64,000 nucleotides of DNA from an uncultured delta proteobacterium (GTDB taxonomy: Bacteria > Desulfobacterota > Desulfobacteria > Desulfobacterales > Desulfosalsimonadaceae). The notes below the pieces were generated by a model. The model did not search any database and was not told the DNA's origin. It saw only the letters and a program-made list of their open reading frames with translations. This document shows positions 17,914-28,190 of the stretch, one piece after another. The DNA lies in assembly GCA_963826785.1 (NCBI GenBank), contig CAWGYD010000005.1, positions 160,001 through 224,000 on the forward strand, in the 5' to 3' direction. The number at the start of each line of letters is the position of its first letter. The stretch's first letter is position 1. Both the position numbers and the translations under genes were made by a program.

Positions 17914-20664
17914 ATGAGCATGGCGAAATTGAAGCGCTGGACGCTGGGGTTGCTTGCAGCGGCGTTCGTTCTTTTTATACTGAATGACATTCTGATCCTG
18001 CTGTTTCTGGATGAGGTGGTCGACTACTGGTGGTTTTCCACCCTCGGATACGGCGGATTTTACCTGCTGCGGCTCTTCTACCGCTATCTCATCTTCGGGG
18101 TGTCCACCCTCGTTTTGTTCCTGATCTTTTTCCTCAATTTCTGGGTCGCATCCCGGTTTCTGGGTAGCGCGAGTCCGCCTTCCAGCGATACCGGGAAAAA
18201 AAGATTGTCATTTCCGGCAATGGTCCGGCATTTCAGGTCCGGGTCCATGACAGTCTATGCCCCCCTTTCCCTGGTGCTGGCCATCTTTATCGCCATTCCC
18301 CTGTTTCAGAAATGGCAGGCGTTCCTCTTCTATGTTTTCGGACCGTCTTCGGGCATACCGGATCCCGCCTACGGAATGGACGCCAGTTTCTATACCTTCA
18401 AGTATCCGATCTACATCCTGCTTCAAAACCGCCTGATGCTGGTTTCGGTCATCCTGCTGGCGGCATCGGCCCTCCTGTACTGGATTGAACGAAGGACCCT
18501 GTACAAGTCGGGGGGAAGTCTGCCCCGGGGCGCCAGGATTCATCTCAACATCCTGGCTCTTTTTGTCATTGCCATATACGGCTGGTCTTTCATGCTCCAG
18601 CGGTACGGACTGCTGTACGACCGGGCGCACATGGACCTGTTCTTCGGCCCCGGCTACACCCAGATGACCGTCATCCTGCCGCTGATCTGGGGGTGCCTGG
18701 CCCTGTGGATCATCGCCGCCCTGGCCGTGCTCTACTTACTGAATTTCCGCAAGCGGATCATACCGGTGACGGCGATTGTCCTGCTGTTTGCGGGGATGCT
18801 GGGCCTGCGCTATTCCGCTTTCCTGCCCAACATCGTCCAGCGATACATCGTGAACCCCAATGAATACACCATGGAAGCGCCTTACATGGCCAGGAATATC
18901 GCCGCCACGCTGGAGGCGTATAAATTGACCGATGTGGACGTGCGGGAGTACAAGGTCAAGTACGACCTCCTGGAAGAGACGGCCAGGGCCATCCGCCTCA
19001 ACCTGGCCAGCATCCCGGTGTGGGACCGGGAACTGCTGGACAAGGTCTACGATCAGGTACAGGCCATTCGTCCCTACTATGAGTTCAACGGCGTGGACGT
19101 GGGCCGGTACACGGTGGAGGATCGATACCAGCAGGTGAACCTGGCCGCCCGGGAGATCAACCTGGACAAGCTCCCCTTACATGCACAGAACTGGATCAAC
19201 ACCCATTTCCAATACACGCACGGCTATGGAGTGGTGATGAATCCCGCGGCCCAGAGCGGCGAGGAATTCATGGTCTGGTATCTCAGCGGGATCAAGCCCG
19301 AATCCAACTATGAGCTGCCCGTGCCCCAGCCTTCCATTTATCACGGGCTGGAAAATTATCACTACGTGATTGCCCCCAACAAGATCGGCGAACTGGATTA
19401 TCCCATGGGGGATACGTTCGCCTCCTCGAATTATTCAGGGGATGTGGGCATCCCTTTGAGCTCCATCTGGAAGAAACTGCTGTTTGCCATCTATTTCAAG
19501 GACCGCAACATCCTGTTTACCACCAAAACCACGGATGACAGCCGTATCCTGTTCCGGCGCAACATCCGGGAAGCCATCGGCGTCCTGACCCCGTTTTTCG
19601 AGCTCGATCGGGATCCTTATATCACCCTTACCCCAGAAGGCCTTTTCTGGATTCAGGACGCGTATATCACGAGCGAATATTTTCCCTATTCCATGCCGTT
19701 TGACGGCAAACGAAATTATATCCGCAACTCGGTAAAGATCACGGTCAACGCGTATTCGGGACAGGTCGATTTTTATATCGCCGACCCGGAGGACATGTTT
19801 ATCCGGGCTTACGACCGCATGTACCCGGGGCTGTTGAAGCCGCTGAACATGATGCCCAAAGACCTGCAGAAACACATCCGGTATCCCAAGGATATCTTCA
19901 AGGTCCAGATGGGCGTCTACCAGAAGTACCACCAGACCAACACGGAAACCTTCTACCGGGAGGAGGACCTCTGGGAATTCGCCGAACAGCCGGAGAGCGA
20001 AATCGCCAGCATCGGGCGCGGTCCCATGGATCCCTATTTCCTGACCATCAACCTGATTGACCCGACCCGCCGGGAATATCTCCTGCTCTCTCCCATGAAC
20101 CCGGTGAACCGGCCCAATCTGCGGGCCCTGGCCATCGCGGGATGCGACGGGGAGCACTACGGGAAGTTCTACATATACAGCTTTCCCCGGGGGGAACAGG
20201 TGTACGGTCCGGGGCAGATCAGCGCCCTGATCAACCAGGACACCTATATCGCCGAGCAGTTCACCCTGTGGGACCAGGCCGGGTCCGAGGTGAAGCGGGG
20301 GCGCATGATCATTCTTCCCATCGGTCATCAGGTATTCTACATCCAGCCCATCTACCTGACGGCTACCGGGAACCTCAATATCCCCCAGCTGCAGCGGCTG
20401 ATCATCAGCCAGGGCGATGTGGTGGCCATGGATGTCTCCCTGGAAAAAGCCTTCCGGCGCGTGGAAAACGAGCTGATCACCCAAATGAAGTATCAGGCCG
20501 CACCCATGGGCGCGACGCCGAAGACCCAGGCGCCCGCGCCCAATGCGGAAGTGCTGCCGGGAAATCGGAAGCCGCCCCCAAAACTGCCCGTGCCGGAGCC
20601 CACCCCGCCGCCCGGCGTCAAGAAACAGGTCCCGGTACCGAACGCCGGTGCCGGCGCCCATTAG
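17914..20664 (+). CDS. UPF0182 family membrane protein
   Basis: Multi-TM N-terminus, DPxYGxDxSFY, YTHGYGVVM, NYIRNSVK, RYPKDIF, FYIQPIYL; Pro-rich tail. Confidence 0.92.
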   Translation: MSMAKLKRWTLGLLAAAFVLFILNDILILLFLDEVVDYWWFSTLGYGGFYLLRLFYRYLIFGVSTLVLFLIFFLNFWVASRFLGSASPPSSDTGKKRLSFPAMVRHFRSGSMTVYAPLSLVLAIFIAIPLFQKWQAFLFYVFGPSSGIPDPAYGMDASFYTFKYPIYILLQNRLMLVSVILLAASALLYWIERRTLYKSGGSLPRGARIHLNILALFVIAIYGWSFMLQRYGLLYDRAHMDLFFGPGYTQMTVILPLIWGCLALWIIAALAVLYLLNFRKRIIPVTAIVLLFAGMLGLRYSAFLPNIVQRYIVNPNEYTMEAPYMARNIAATLEAYKLTDVDVREYKVKYDLLEETARAIRLNLASIPVWDRELLDKVYDQVQAIRPYYEFNGVDVGRYTVEDRYQQVNLAAREINLDKLPLHAQNWINTHFQYTHGYGVVMNPAAQSGEEFMVWYLSGIKPESNYELPVPQPSIYHGLENYHYVIAPNKIGELDYPMGDTFASSNYSGDVGIPLSSIWKKLLFAIYFKDRNILFTTKTTDDSRILFRRNIREAIGVLTPFFELDRDPYITLTPEGLFWIQDAYITSEYFPYSMPFDGKRNYIRNSVKITVNAYSGQVDFYIADPEDMFIRAYDRMYPGLLKPLNMMPKDLQKHIRYPKDIFKVQMGVYQKYHQTNTETFYREEDLWEFAEQPESEIASIGRGPMDPYFLTINLIDPTRREYLLLSPMNPVNRPNLRALAIAGCDGEHYGKFYIYSFPRGEQVYGPGQISALINQDTYIAEQFTLWDQAGSEVKRGRMIILPIGHQVFYIQPIYLTATGNLNIPQLQRLIISQGDVVAMDVSLEKAFRRVENELITQMKYQAAPMGATPKTQAPAPNAEVLPGNRKPPPKLPVPEPTPPPGVKKQVPVPNAGAGAH

Positions 20665-20682
20665 CGCCGGCAGGTGGTGAGG

Positions 20683-21288
20683 CTACACCTGATCACCGAA
20701 TGAGCGTGCAACGGTTTTGGCGAGCGCCAGCGTGTGCTTGCGGATTTCCTGGTCGGTTCTCCCGGGGTATCGGGCATAGCTGATCATGATGCCGTTTAAT
20801 GCGGAGAAGAGCGCATGTGCCCGCAGCCGGCTGTCCGGTGCGGGGGAAGTCCGCGCAAGGGCCTGTTCAATATGGTCCATCAGCCTGCGCATGATGGTAT
20901 TTAGCTTATCCGCGCCACGGGCCGACATTTCGCCCCCCAGCATGAAGTGGCCCATCATCTGGTAAAACGTCATGTGGTCGTTTAAATAGTCGATGTAGCA
21001 TTCACAGAGCCGGTGAAGGGACATGCCGGACGATTGGTTTTCCGCTTCCAGCAGCTCTGCGATTTCCTGTGCGTTTTGAAGAAAGATGTCTAAAAACAGC
21101 CCGGTCATGTTCTCATAGTAGTTGTACAGCGTCCCCACGCTGACGCCGGCCCGCCCGGCGATTTCGCGCACGGTCACGGACCGGAAATCACGCTCCGCAA
21201 AAAGGTCCCGGGCCGCATCCAGGATGAGCTTTCGCCGGGCCTGCCTTTCCCTTAGCTTCAAATTTTTCAGATTGTTTTCAGCATTCAT
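20683..21288 (-). CDS. TetR/AcrR family regulator
   Basis: ILDAARDLF..TVREIAGRAGVSVGTLYNYY HTH. Confidence 0.92.
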   Translation of the reverse strand: MNAENNLKNLKLRERQARRKLILDAARDLFAERDFRSVTVREIAGRAGVSVGTLYNYYENMTGLFLDIFLQNAQEIAELLEAENQSSGMSLHRLCECYIDYLNDHMTFYQMMGHFMLGGEMSARGADKLNTIMRRLMDHIEQALARTSPAPDSRLRAHALFSALNGIMISYARYPGRTDQEIRKHTLALAKTVARSFGDQV

Positions 21289-21352
21289 GGCAAAGATGTT
21301 TTATGTGCACGGATTTATATGGGTAATCCCTCGCGTTTTCGGCATGGCCGCC

Positions 21353-22621
21353 CTACTTTTTGCCCTCAAAGACCCGTTCCATATCTTCATCCGTGTAACA
21401 GCGCTCCGTCTCGTCCGGGTTTCCGGCATCGTCTTCCATCTGCCGGCGGTCATAGGCCGGATCGAGCACCTCGTTGTAATATTCATGCTGGATCAGCAGG
21501 TTCATGATTTCGCTGGTGCCGGTCCAGATCATGCCCAGCCGGGTGTCCCGCAATGCCCGTTCGATGGGGAATACGTCGGTGTAGCCGATGCCGCCCATGA
21601 TCTGCATGGCATGGTTGACCACTTCCCAGGCCGATTCCGTGGCAAAGCGCTTGGCCTCGCTCACCAGCCGGCGGACGTTGGGGACGTTTTCGTCCACGGC
21701 CCGGGCCGCCATGAAGGAAATGGCCCTGGCCGCGTCGAGCTTGGTAATGGAATCGGCCACCAGGAAGTTGATCCCCTGGTATTTCCGGATTTCCTTGCCG
21801 AAGGCCCGGCGGCGGTTGGAATAGCGCACCGCCAGATCCAGTGCGCCCCATGTCCCCAGGCAGCCCGCGGCCGATGTCAGCCGTTCCGGGATCATCATCT
21901 GGTGGAAGCAGAGCGCTCCGCCATGGAGTTCGCCCAGCAGGTTTTCCCTGGGGACCCTGACATCCCGAAACACCAGCCGGCCGGTTCCGCCGCCCCGGCA
22001 TCCCAGCAGGCCGTACTGGTACTCGGTGGTGACCCCGGGGCCCCGCTCCACGATGAGCAGGCTGATGCGGCTGTATTTATGCGCGCTGGGCGTAAAATTC
22101 GTGCGGCAGTAGACCAGGAAGAAGTCGGCCCCCTCGGCCCCCACCACGAATCGTTTCATGCCGTTCAGGATGAAATGGTCGCCGTGGAGTTCCGCCCGGG
22201 TCATGGCCCCGAAAAAGTCGGAGCCGCCCCGGGGTTCGGTCAGGGCTTCTGCGGAAACCAGCTTTCCCGCAAGATACGGTTTGAGATATTTCTCCTTCTG
22301 CGCCTCGGTGCCGAAAATGTTCAAGGCTTCCCCAACGATGGAGGGCATGACGAACGCGCAGCCCAGGGCCATGCCCAGGCACCCGATTTCTTCGGCCGCG
22401 GCCACTTCCGCCACCCAGCTCATGCCGCGTCCGCCGTATTTTTTGGGAAACCGGAGGCCAAACAGGTTGCGCGCGGCCAGCTTTTCCACGAATTCCCGGG
22501 GGTAGATGATCTCGTCCTTGTCCATTTTGCGCAGAAATTCGCTGGAGATTTCTTCCTTTACGAATTGGCGCACCTCTTTTTTGACTGCTTGTTCCTCGGG
22601 CGTCAGCAGAAAATCATACAT
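21353..22621 (-). CDS. Acyl-CoA dehydrogenase
   Basis: ALTEPRGGSD, LNGMKRF, RRAFGKEI, QIMGGIGY, GTSEIM. Confidence 0.93.
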   Translation of the reverse strand: MYDFLLTPEEQAVKKEVRQFVKEEISSEFLRKMDKDEIIYPREFVEKLAARNLFGLRFPKKYGGRGMSWVAEVAAAEEIGCLGMALGCAFVMPSIVGEALNIFGTEAQKEKYLKPYLAGKLVSAEALTEPRGGSDFFGAMTRAELHGDHFILNGMKRFVVGAEGADFFLVYCRTNFTPSAHKYSRISLLIVERGPGVTTEYQYGLLGCRGGGTGRLVFRDVRVPRENLLGELHGGALCFHQMMIPERLTSAAGCLGTWGALDLAVRYSNRRRAFGKEIRKYQGINFLVADSITKLDAARAISFMAARAVDENVPNVRRLVSEAKRFATESAWEVVNHAMQIMGGIGYTDVFPIERALRDTRLGMIWTGTSEIMNLLIQHEYYNEVLDPAYDRRQMEDDAGNPDETERCYTDEDMERVFEGKK

Positions 22622-22657
22622 GGACCGGCCTCCTTTTCACATGGGTTTACTGAAAAA

Positions 22658-22699
22658 TGAACATTGATCAATTTAATGAGCATCGCTCAAAATTGTCAA
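22658..22699 (-). promoter_or_regulatory. Sigma70-type promoter of the ACAD-tetR operon overlapped by tandem palindromic operators
   Basis: Minus-strand TTGACA (22699-22694); palindromes TGAGC-ATC-GCTCA (22677-22689) and TGAAC-ATT-GATCA (22658-22670). Confidence 0.6.
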
Positions 22700-22843
22700 G
22701 CCAAATTGAAAACGGCGACGGGAAGAAATTTGCGTAAAAGGCCCTTCCAGGACATTGAAAGGCTTTTCATAATAATTATTTTACGCTCAGTTAAACGTGG
22801 AAGCGTTTGATGTTGTAAATAATTGCTTGAAGGAGGTGTTAAA

Positions 22844-23284
22844 ATGATGAGACCAATCGATATGCTGCCTGCTTTGAGTTTTAATGATCGGCCCGGTGAA
22901 CTGGTAAATCGTTTTCTCGAGGACTGGCAGCGGCCGTTTTTTGCCTCGAACCAGTGGGATGCATGGTTTCCGGCCGCAGATATCAGGGAAACGGACCAGC
23001 ACTATGAACTGAGCATCGAGGTGCCGGGAATCGACATGAAGGACCTGGATATCGCCTATGATCAGGGCCACCTGATTGTAAAAGGCGAAAAGACGAAGGA
23101 AAGCACCACTGAACATGAAAACTGTTACTGTTCGGAACGATTTTCCGGCAGGTTCGAGAGGCGGTTTCCGATTTCCGGAAGGGTGGCGGAAGACGGGATC
23201 AGGGCCACGTTGAAAAATGGGGTGTTGACGGTGACGCTGCCCAAGGCTGAAGAAAGCAGGCCGAAAAAAATTGAGATCCACTAA
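22844..23284 (+). CDS. Hsp20/alpha-crystallin small heat-shock protein
   Basis: PAADIRET, EVPG, ERFSGRFER, ATLKNGVLTVTLPK, IEI; AGGAGGT RBS. Confidence 0.93.
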   Translation: MMRPIDMLPALSFNDRPGELVNRFLEDWQRPFFASNQWDAWFPAADIRETDQHYELSIEVPGIDMKDLDIAYDQGHLIVKGEKTKESTTEHENCYCSERFSGRFERRFPISGRVAEDGIRATLKNGVLTVTLPKAEESRPKKIEIH

Positions 23285-23321
23285 AAAACCACTGCATTTC
23301 TATCGTGCAGTCACTATACAG

Positions 23322-23354
23322 TAAAGGCGCCGCCGGTTTCCGGCGGCGCCTTTA
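23322..23354 (+). terminator. Intrinsic terminator after hsp20
   Basis: TAAAGGCGCCGCCGG-TTT-CCGGCGGCGCCTTTA, a perfect 15-bp stem. Confidence 0.8.
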
Positions 23355-23555
23355 TTGTATTGTGACAGGCTTAAGCGGTAAAGACGCTCTGCAGGCTGCC
23401 TTTTGGCCGCCATTTCGCTGCGCTTCCCATCGATGCCGCTCAATCCTCCCGCTCAATCCTCATGATTGATAAATGGACGCCAAAAGATTATCTCTTTATA
23501 TGGCCTGAAAGAAAAGTTTGTGCATTTTTCAAAAGCGCGGAAAAGGAGGACGGAC

Positions 23556-24311
23556 ATGAATCATCGACTGGTACTGCTGCGGCACGGACAGAGCCAATGG
23601 AACCTGGAGAACCGGTTTACGGGATGGACCGATGTGGACCTGAGCGAAAAGGGGACTGAGGAGGCCAACAAAGCCGCGGATATTTTGATTGAAAAGGGCT
23701 TTGAGTTCGACGTGGCCTTCACCTCGGTGCTCAAGCGCGCCATTCGCACCCTGTGGATCGTGCTTGACCGGATGGACCGGATGTGGATTCCGGTTCATCG
23801 CTCCTGGCGCCTGAACGAGCGGATGTACGGCGCGCTCCAGGGTTTGAACAAGGCGGAAACCGCCAGGGAACATGGGGATGAGCAGGTCCACATCTGGCGC
23901 AGGAGTTATGATATCCCGCCGCCGGAATTAAAGGCGGATGATGATCGATTTCCCGGCCGCGACCCCCGGTATGCGGATCTGGATAAACGCGATCTGCCCC
24001 GCACGGAAAGCCTCAAAAACACGATCGATCGGTTCATGCCGTACTGGCACGACGCCATCGCACCGGTTTTGAAGAGCGGCAAGCGGGTGATCATCTCCGC
24101 CCACGGCAACAGCCTGCGGGGGCTGGTCAAGTTTTTCGATCAGATGTCCGAAGAAGAGATCACGGGATTGAATATTCCCACCGGCATCCCCCTGATCTAT
24201 GAGCTGGATGAAAAACTGAGGCCGCTGGACAAGTATTATCTCGGTGATCCGGATGAAGTCGCCAAAGCCGCCGATGCCGTGGCCAGACAGGGTGCTGCCG
24301 GCGACCACTGA
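23556..24311 (+). CDS. gpmA: 2,3-bisphosphoglycerate-dependent phosphoglycerate mutase
   Basis: [41 protein letters not shown]. Confidence 0.96.
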   Translation: MNHRLVLLRHGQSQWNLENRFTGWTDVDLSEKGTEEANKAADILIEKGFEFDVAFTSVLKRAIRTLWIVLDRMDRMWIPVHRSWRLNERMYGALQGLNKAETAREHGDEQVHIWRRSYDIPPPELKADDDRFPGRDPRYADLDKRDLPRTESLKNTIDRFMPYWHDAIAPVLKSGKRVIISAHGNSLRGLVKFFDQMSEEEITGLNIPTGIPLIYELDEKLRPLDKYYLGDPDEVAKAADAVARQGAAGDH

Positions 24312-24416
24312 GATCCGCCACGCCATAGGAAATACCTGATGGGATTTTTCTGTTCGGGAAAGCCCCTGCTCATTTTCATTTTTACCGCCAGGCGTATCTG
24401 TGGTAAACAAAATGAT

Positions 24417-24548
24417 GATGAACCCGTAAAAAGTCCAAAGTTCGTCACTCCGGTGAAAACCGGAGTCTATAACCAACTTGGTTTGTAGTAGATTCCGGCC
24501 TCCGCTGGAATGACGAAAGCGTAAAATCCGACTTTTTACGGCCTCATC
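24417..24548. mobile_element. 132-bp MITE, copy 1
   Basis: TIRs GATGAACCCGTAAAAAGTC / GACTTTTTACGGCCTCATC; flanks AATGAT/AATGAC; near-identical to 48773-48904. Confidence 0.85.
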
Positions 24549-24585
24549 AATGACGGCTTTCACCAGAATCACATAAGGACGATTA

Positions 24586-25071
24586 ATGTTATCAGATGAA
24601 CTTGAAAGATTGAAAAAGCTTCTGGACCAGGGGGCCATTGACGAGGAGGAATATAAAACCGCCAAGAAGCGGATCCTCGAATCCACCCCGCCCATCGACA
24701 TCCATGCGGAACCGGTCGACGGATACCAGTTGTTCGGCCTGGCCCCCAATACGTATGCCATGATGATCCACCTGTCCCAGTTTGCCGTTTTTGTACTGCC
24801 CCTGGCCGGTTGCGTTCTCCCCATCGTTCTCTGGCTTCTGGGCAAGGATAAGGACGGATTCGTGGACCGGCACGGCCGTGCGGCGGTCAACTGGATCATC
24901 AGTGAATTTATTTACGGGATCGTGTTCGGCGTTCTGATCTTTGTCTTGATCGGGATTCCGCTGATGATGGTGCTGGTGATTCTCGGCGTTATTTTTCCCA
25001 TCTTCGCCGCCATTGCAGCCAATGATTACAGGGAGTATACGTACCCGTTATCCATCCAGTTCCTGAAATAG
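24586..25071 (+). CDS. SHOCT + DUF4870-like membrane protein
   Basis: ELERLKKLLDQGAIDEEEY (SHOCT); MIHLSQF..PIVLWL..HGRAAVN..YTYP. Confidence 0.8.
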   Translation: MLSDELERLKKLLDQGAIDEEEYKTAKKRILESTPPIDIHAEPVDGYQLFGLAPNTYAMMIHLSQFAVFVLPLAGCVLPIVLWLLGKDKDGFVDRHGRAAVNWIISEFIYGIVFGVLIFVLIGIPLMMVLVILGVIFPIFAAIAANDYREYTYPLSIQFLK

Positions 25072-25082
25072 CACAGGAGAAA

Positions 25083-26687
25083 ATGGACCCAGGCGAACCC
25101 TATCTGAGCCCGGCAGGCTGCGTGCTGGCCATCGACCTGGGCAGCGGCAGCGTCAAGTCCGCCGTTGTATCCGAAAACGGCGATGTGATTTCGTGTGCCG
25201 CCGAACCCATCGACACGTTTTTTCTTCCGGGGGGCGGCGCGGAGCAGGATCCGGAACAGTGGTGGGGGGCGGCGAAGCGGACGGCTTCAAATGCGCTGGC
25301 ACAATCGGGGATCTCGTCTTCGCAGGTTGCCGCAGTCGCCTGCGATTCCCAGTGGTCGGTGGTGGTTCCGGTGGACGAACAGGCGCATCCGCTGGCCAAT
25401 GCCGTCCATTGGCTCGATACGCGGGGCGGGCCCCATAACCGCGCCCTGGCCGGGGGATTTCCGGCAATCGACGGCTATAACCTGTTCAAGCTGCGTAAAT
25501 GGATTGGCCTCACCGGCCTGGTTCCCACCCATTCGGGCGTCGACTCCCTGGGCCATGTCCTGTACCTCAAGCATGAGCAGCCCGACCTGTATTGCCGCAC
25601 CCACAAATTCCTGGAGCCGATGGATTACCTCACTTCCCGGCTGACCGGGAAAATCAGTGCCACCCAGAAGACCATGTCCCCCTTCATGGTTTCGGAAAAC
25701 CGTACATGGGGGCAAACCCGATACAGCGACGTCCTTTTGAAAATGGCCGGCCTGGAGCGGGACAAGTTCCCGGAGATGATCGAAAACAACGGCATCGCCG
25801 GCACGCTGGCGCCGGGCCCAGCAGCGGAGCTGGGGCTCTCTTCATCGGTGAAGGTGATTGCTGGCATCGGCGATTCAAACGTGAGCGCCATCGGGTCCGG
25901 GGCCATCGACGACTACGAGGCGGTTATCTATATCGGCACCTCCATGTACATGACCTTTCACGTGCCGTTTAAGAAAACCGATATCCTGCGCATGATGACC
26001 GTGCTGCCCAGCCCCTTTCCCGGCCGCTATTACCTGCTGGGGGAGCAGGGGGCCGGCGGCCGATGCCTCCAGTTTTTTCTGCATCAGCTCATCTACCCCA
26101 AAGACGGGTTCGGCAGCGGCGAACTCCCCGATGACGCCTATGAGCGGTTCAATGCCATGGCCGCATCGTCTACGCCGGGGAGCAACGGCGTCATTTTCCT
26201 CCCCTGGCTCAACGGCTCCATCATCCCCAATGAAGATGCCCATATGCGAGGCGGTTTCATAAACCTGTCCTTCAACACGAACCGGGGGGATATGGCCCGG
26301 GCGGTGATGGAGGGCCTGGCCTTCAACAACCGCTGGACCCGGGAGTCGGCCGAGGCCTTTGCCGGCAGGAAAATCCCCCATTTCCGGTTTTCCGGCGGGG
26401 GCGCCCAGAGCGATCTCTGGGCCCAGATCCACGCCGATGTGCTCGGCGTGCCAATTCATCAGGTAGAAGACCCGGTCAACGCCACGGTCCGGGGGTGCGC
26501 ACTTCTGGCGCAGGTCTGCCTGGGGCAGCGCAGCCTGGCCCGGACCGCGTCTATGATCCGCATCCGCCGCGTCTTTGAGCCGGACCCGGCAAACGCTCCT
26601 GTTTACGATAAGATGTATCGCCAGTACCGGCAGTTGTTTAAACGCAACCGGAAGATTTTTCACGCGCTCAATGGTCCACCGAACTGA
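25083..26687 (+). CDS. FGGY-family carbohydrate kinase (xylulokinase-like)
   Basis: AIDLGSGSVK, EQDPEQWW, WLDTR, IGTS, RAVMEG, GGGAQSDLW. Confidence 0.9.
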   Translation: MDPGEPYLSPAGCVLAIDLGSGSVKSAVVSENGDVISCAAEPIDTFFLPGGGAEQDPEQWWGAAKRTASNALAQSGISSSQVAAVACDSQWSVVVPVDEQAHPLANAVHWLDTRGGPHNRALAGGFPAIDGYNLFKLRKWIGLTGLVPTHSGVDSLGHVLYLKHEQPDLYCRTHKFLEPMDYLTSRLTGKISATQKTMSPFMVSENRTWGQTRYSDVLLKMAGLERDKFPEMIENNGIAGTLAPGPAAELGLSSSVKVIAGIGDSNVSAIGSGAIDDYEAVIYIGTSMYMTFHVPFKKTDILRMMTVLPSPFPGRYYLLGEQGAGGRCLQFFLHQLIYPKDGFGSGELPDDAYERFNAMAASSTPGSNGVIFLPWLNGSIIPNEDAHMRGGFINLSFNTNRGDMARAVMEGLAFNNRWTRESAEAFAGRKIPHFRFSGGGAQSDLWAQIHADVLGVPIHQVEDPVNATVRGCALLAQVCLGQRSLARTASMIRIRRVFEPDPANAPVYDKMYRQYRQLFKRNRKIFHALNGPPN

Positions 26688-26704
26688 CCCGAAAGGAATC
26701 GCAA

Positions 26705-28123
26705 ATGGCGGAAAAGACAGACACGGCAGCGCCCGAGGACCCCTTCAAACCCTACAAGGGGCGATTTGAAACCATCGACCGCATCCCCGAAAGCGGCCGG
26801 GACAAAGAGGATCTGTTAAAAGAGATCGCCGTCATGGCCGAGGAGGAAAACGCCCGATGGCAAACGGGCAAGGTGTCGGGCACCTTCTACCATGCCGGGG
26901 AGGCGCACCGGGCGTTTTTAAACCGGGTGTTTTCCTTTTTTTCTCATGCGAACACGATCCAGTTCGACATCTGCCCCTCGATGGCCAAGTTCGAAAGCGA
27001 AGTGATCGCCATGACGGCCAAAATGCTCCACGCCGAAGCCGCCGCCGCGCATCATCCGGATGACCGGGTGTGCGGCACCATGACCTCGGGGGGAAGCGAG
27101 AGCATCGCCATGGCCATGAAGGTCTACCGGGACAAGGCCCTGGCGGAAAAGGAAATTCAACATCCGGAAATCATCCTGCCCGACACCGCCCATCCGGCGT
27201 TTCACAAGGCCGGGCAGTACTTCGGCATCCGGATGGTGATCGTCCCCACCAGTGCGCCGGACTTCCGGGTCGACCCGGCGGCCATGGCGGAGCGGATCAA
27301 CGGCAACACCGTGGCCGTGGTGGGAAGCGCCGGAAATTACCCCTACGGGCTGATCGATCCCCTGGGTAAATTATCGGATCTCGCCCTGGCGCACAACCTG
27401 TGGTTCCACGTGGACGGATGCCTGGGCGGGTTCATCCTTCCCTGGATCGAAAAGCTGGGCTACCCCGTTGAACCCTTTGACTTCCGGCTGCCCGGCGTCA
27501 CCTCCATGTCCGCCGACACCCATAAGTTCGGCTATGCCCTGAAGGGGACCTCGGTGGTGCTCTATCGGAATACGGAATTCCGGAAGTACCAGTATTTTTC
27601 ATATCCGGACTGGTCCGGCGGCATCTATGCCTCCCCCACCTCCGCCGGCAGCCGCTCAGGCGGGCTCAGCGCGGCGACATGGGCATCCATGAACTACCTG
27701 GGCGAAGAAGGGTATCTCCGGGCCGCCCGGGCCATCATGGATGTGGCCGATGAGATCAAGGAAGGGGTTCAAAAAGTTCCCGAACTGATTGTCATCGGGG
27801 AGCCCACCTTCATCATCTCTTTCCGCTCCGAAGAAATAGACGTGTTTCACATCAACGATTTCATGAAGGAAAAGGGGTGGCGCTTCAATGCCCTCCAGCT
27901 GCCGCCGGCGCTGCATTTCTGCGTGACCCTGCCCCAGACGCAGGTGCCGGGCCTGGCCGCGCGGTTCAATGCCGATCTGTCGGCCGGGGTCGCCTACGCC
28001 AAGGCGAATGCGGGCAAACCGGCCCAGAGCAGCGCCCTGTACGGCATGGCCGGCACCGTCGAAGGCAACCGGATGGTCGAAGACCTGCTCCGGAGCGTGT
28101 TCGACCACATGTATGACATCTGA
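26705..28123 (+). CDS. PLP-dependent sphingosine-1-phosphate lyase-like aldolase/decarboxylase
   Basis: SGTFYH, TSGGSESI, AHPAFHKA, HVDGCLGGF, SMSADTHKFGY (PLP Lys), GSRSGG. Confidence 0.88.
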   Translation: MAEKTDTAAPEDPFKPYKGRFETIDRIPESGRDKEDLLKEIAVMAEEENARWQTGKVSGTFYHAGEAHRAFLNRVFSFFSHANTIQFDICPSMAKFESEVIAMTAKMLHAEAAAAHHPDDRVCGTMTSGGSESIAMAMKVYRDKALAEKEIQHPEIILPDTAHPAFHKAGQYFGIRMVIVPTSAPDFRVDPAAMAERINGNTVAVVGSAGNYPYGLIDPLGKLSDLALAHNLWFHVDGCLGGFILPWIEKLGYPVEPFDFRLPGVTSMSADTHKFGYALKGTSVVLYRNTEFRKYQYFSYPDWSGGIYASPTSAGSRSGGLSAATWASMNYLGEEGYLRAARAIMDVADEIKEGVQKVPELIVIGEPTFIISFRSEEIDVFHINDFMKEKGWRFNALQLPPALHFCVTLPQTQVPGLAARFNADLSAGVAYAKANAGKPAQSSALYGMAGTVEGNRMVEDLLRSVFDHMYDI

Positions 28124-28190
28124 CAAGATGATTTTTTTTGGCAGGGGGAAGGATGAAGTCCAATTCAAAACCAAAAAGGAGGAGGAATTC

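Noticed and set aside
21122..22660. Long antisense ORFs (also 19435-20661, 39050-40162, 56053-57003 and others)
   Set aside because: Shadow frames opposite well-supported genes in high-GC DNA, with no protein motifs
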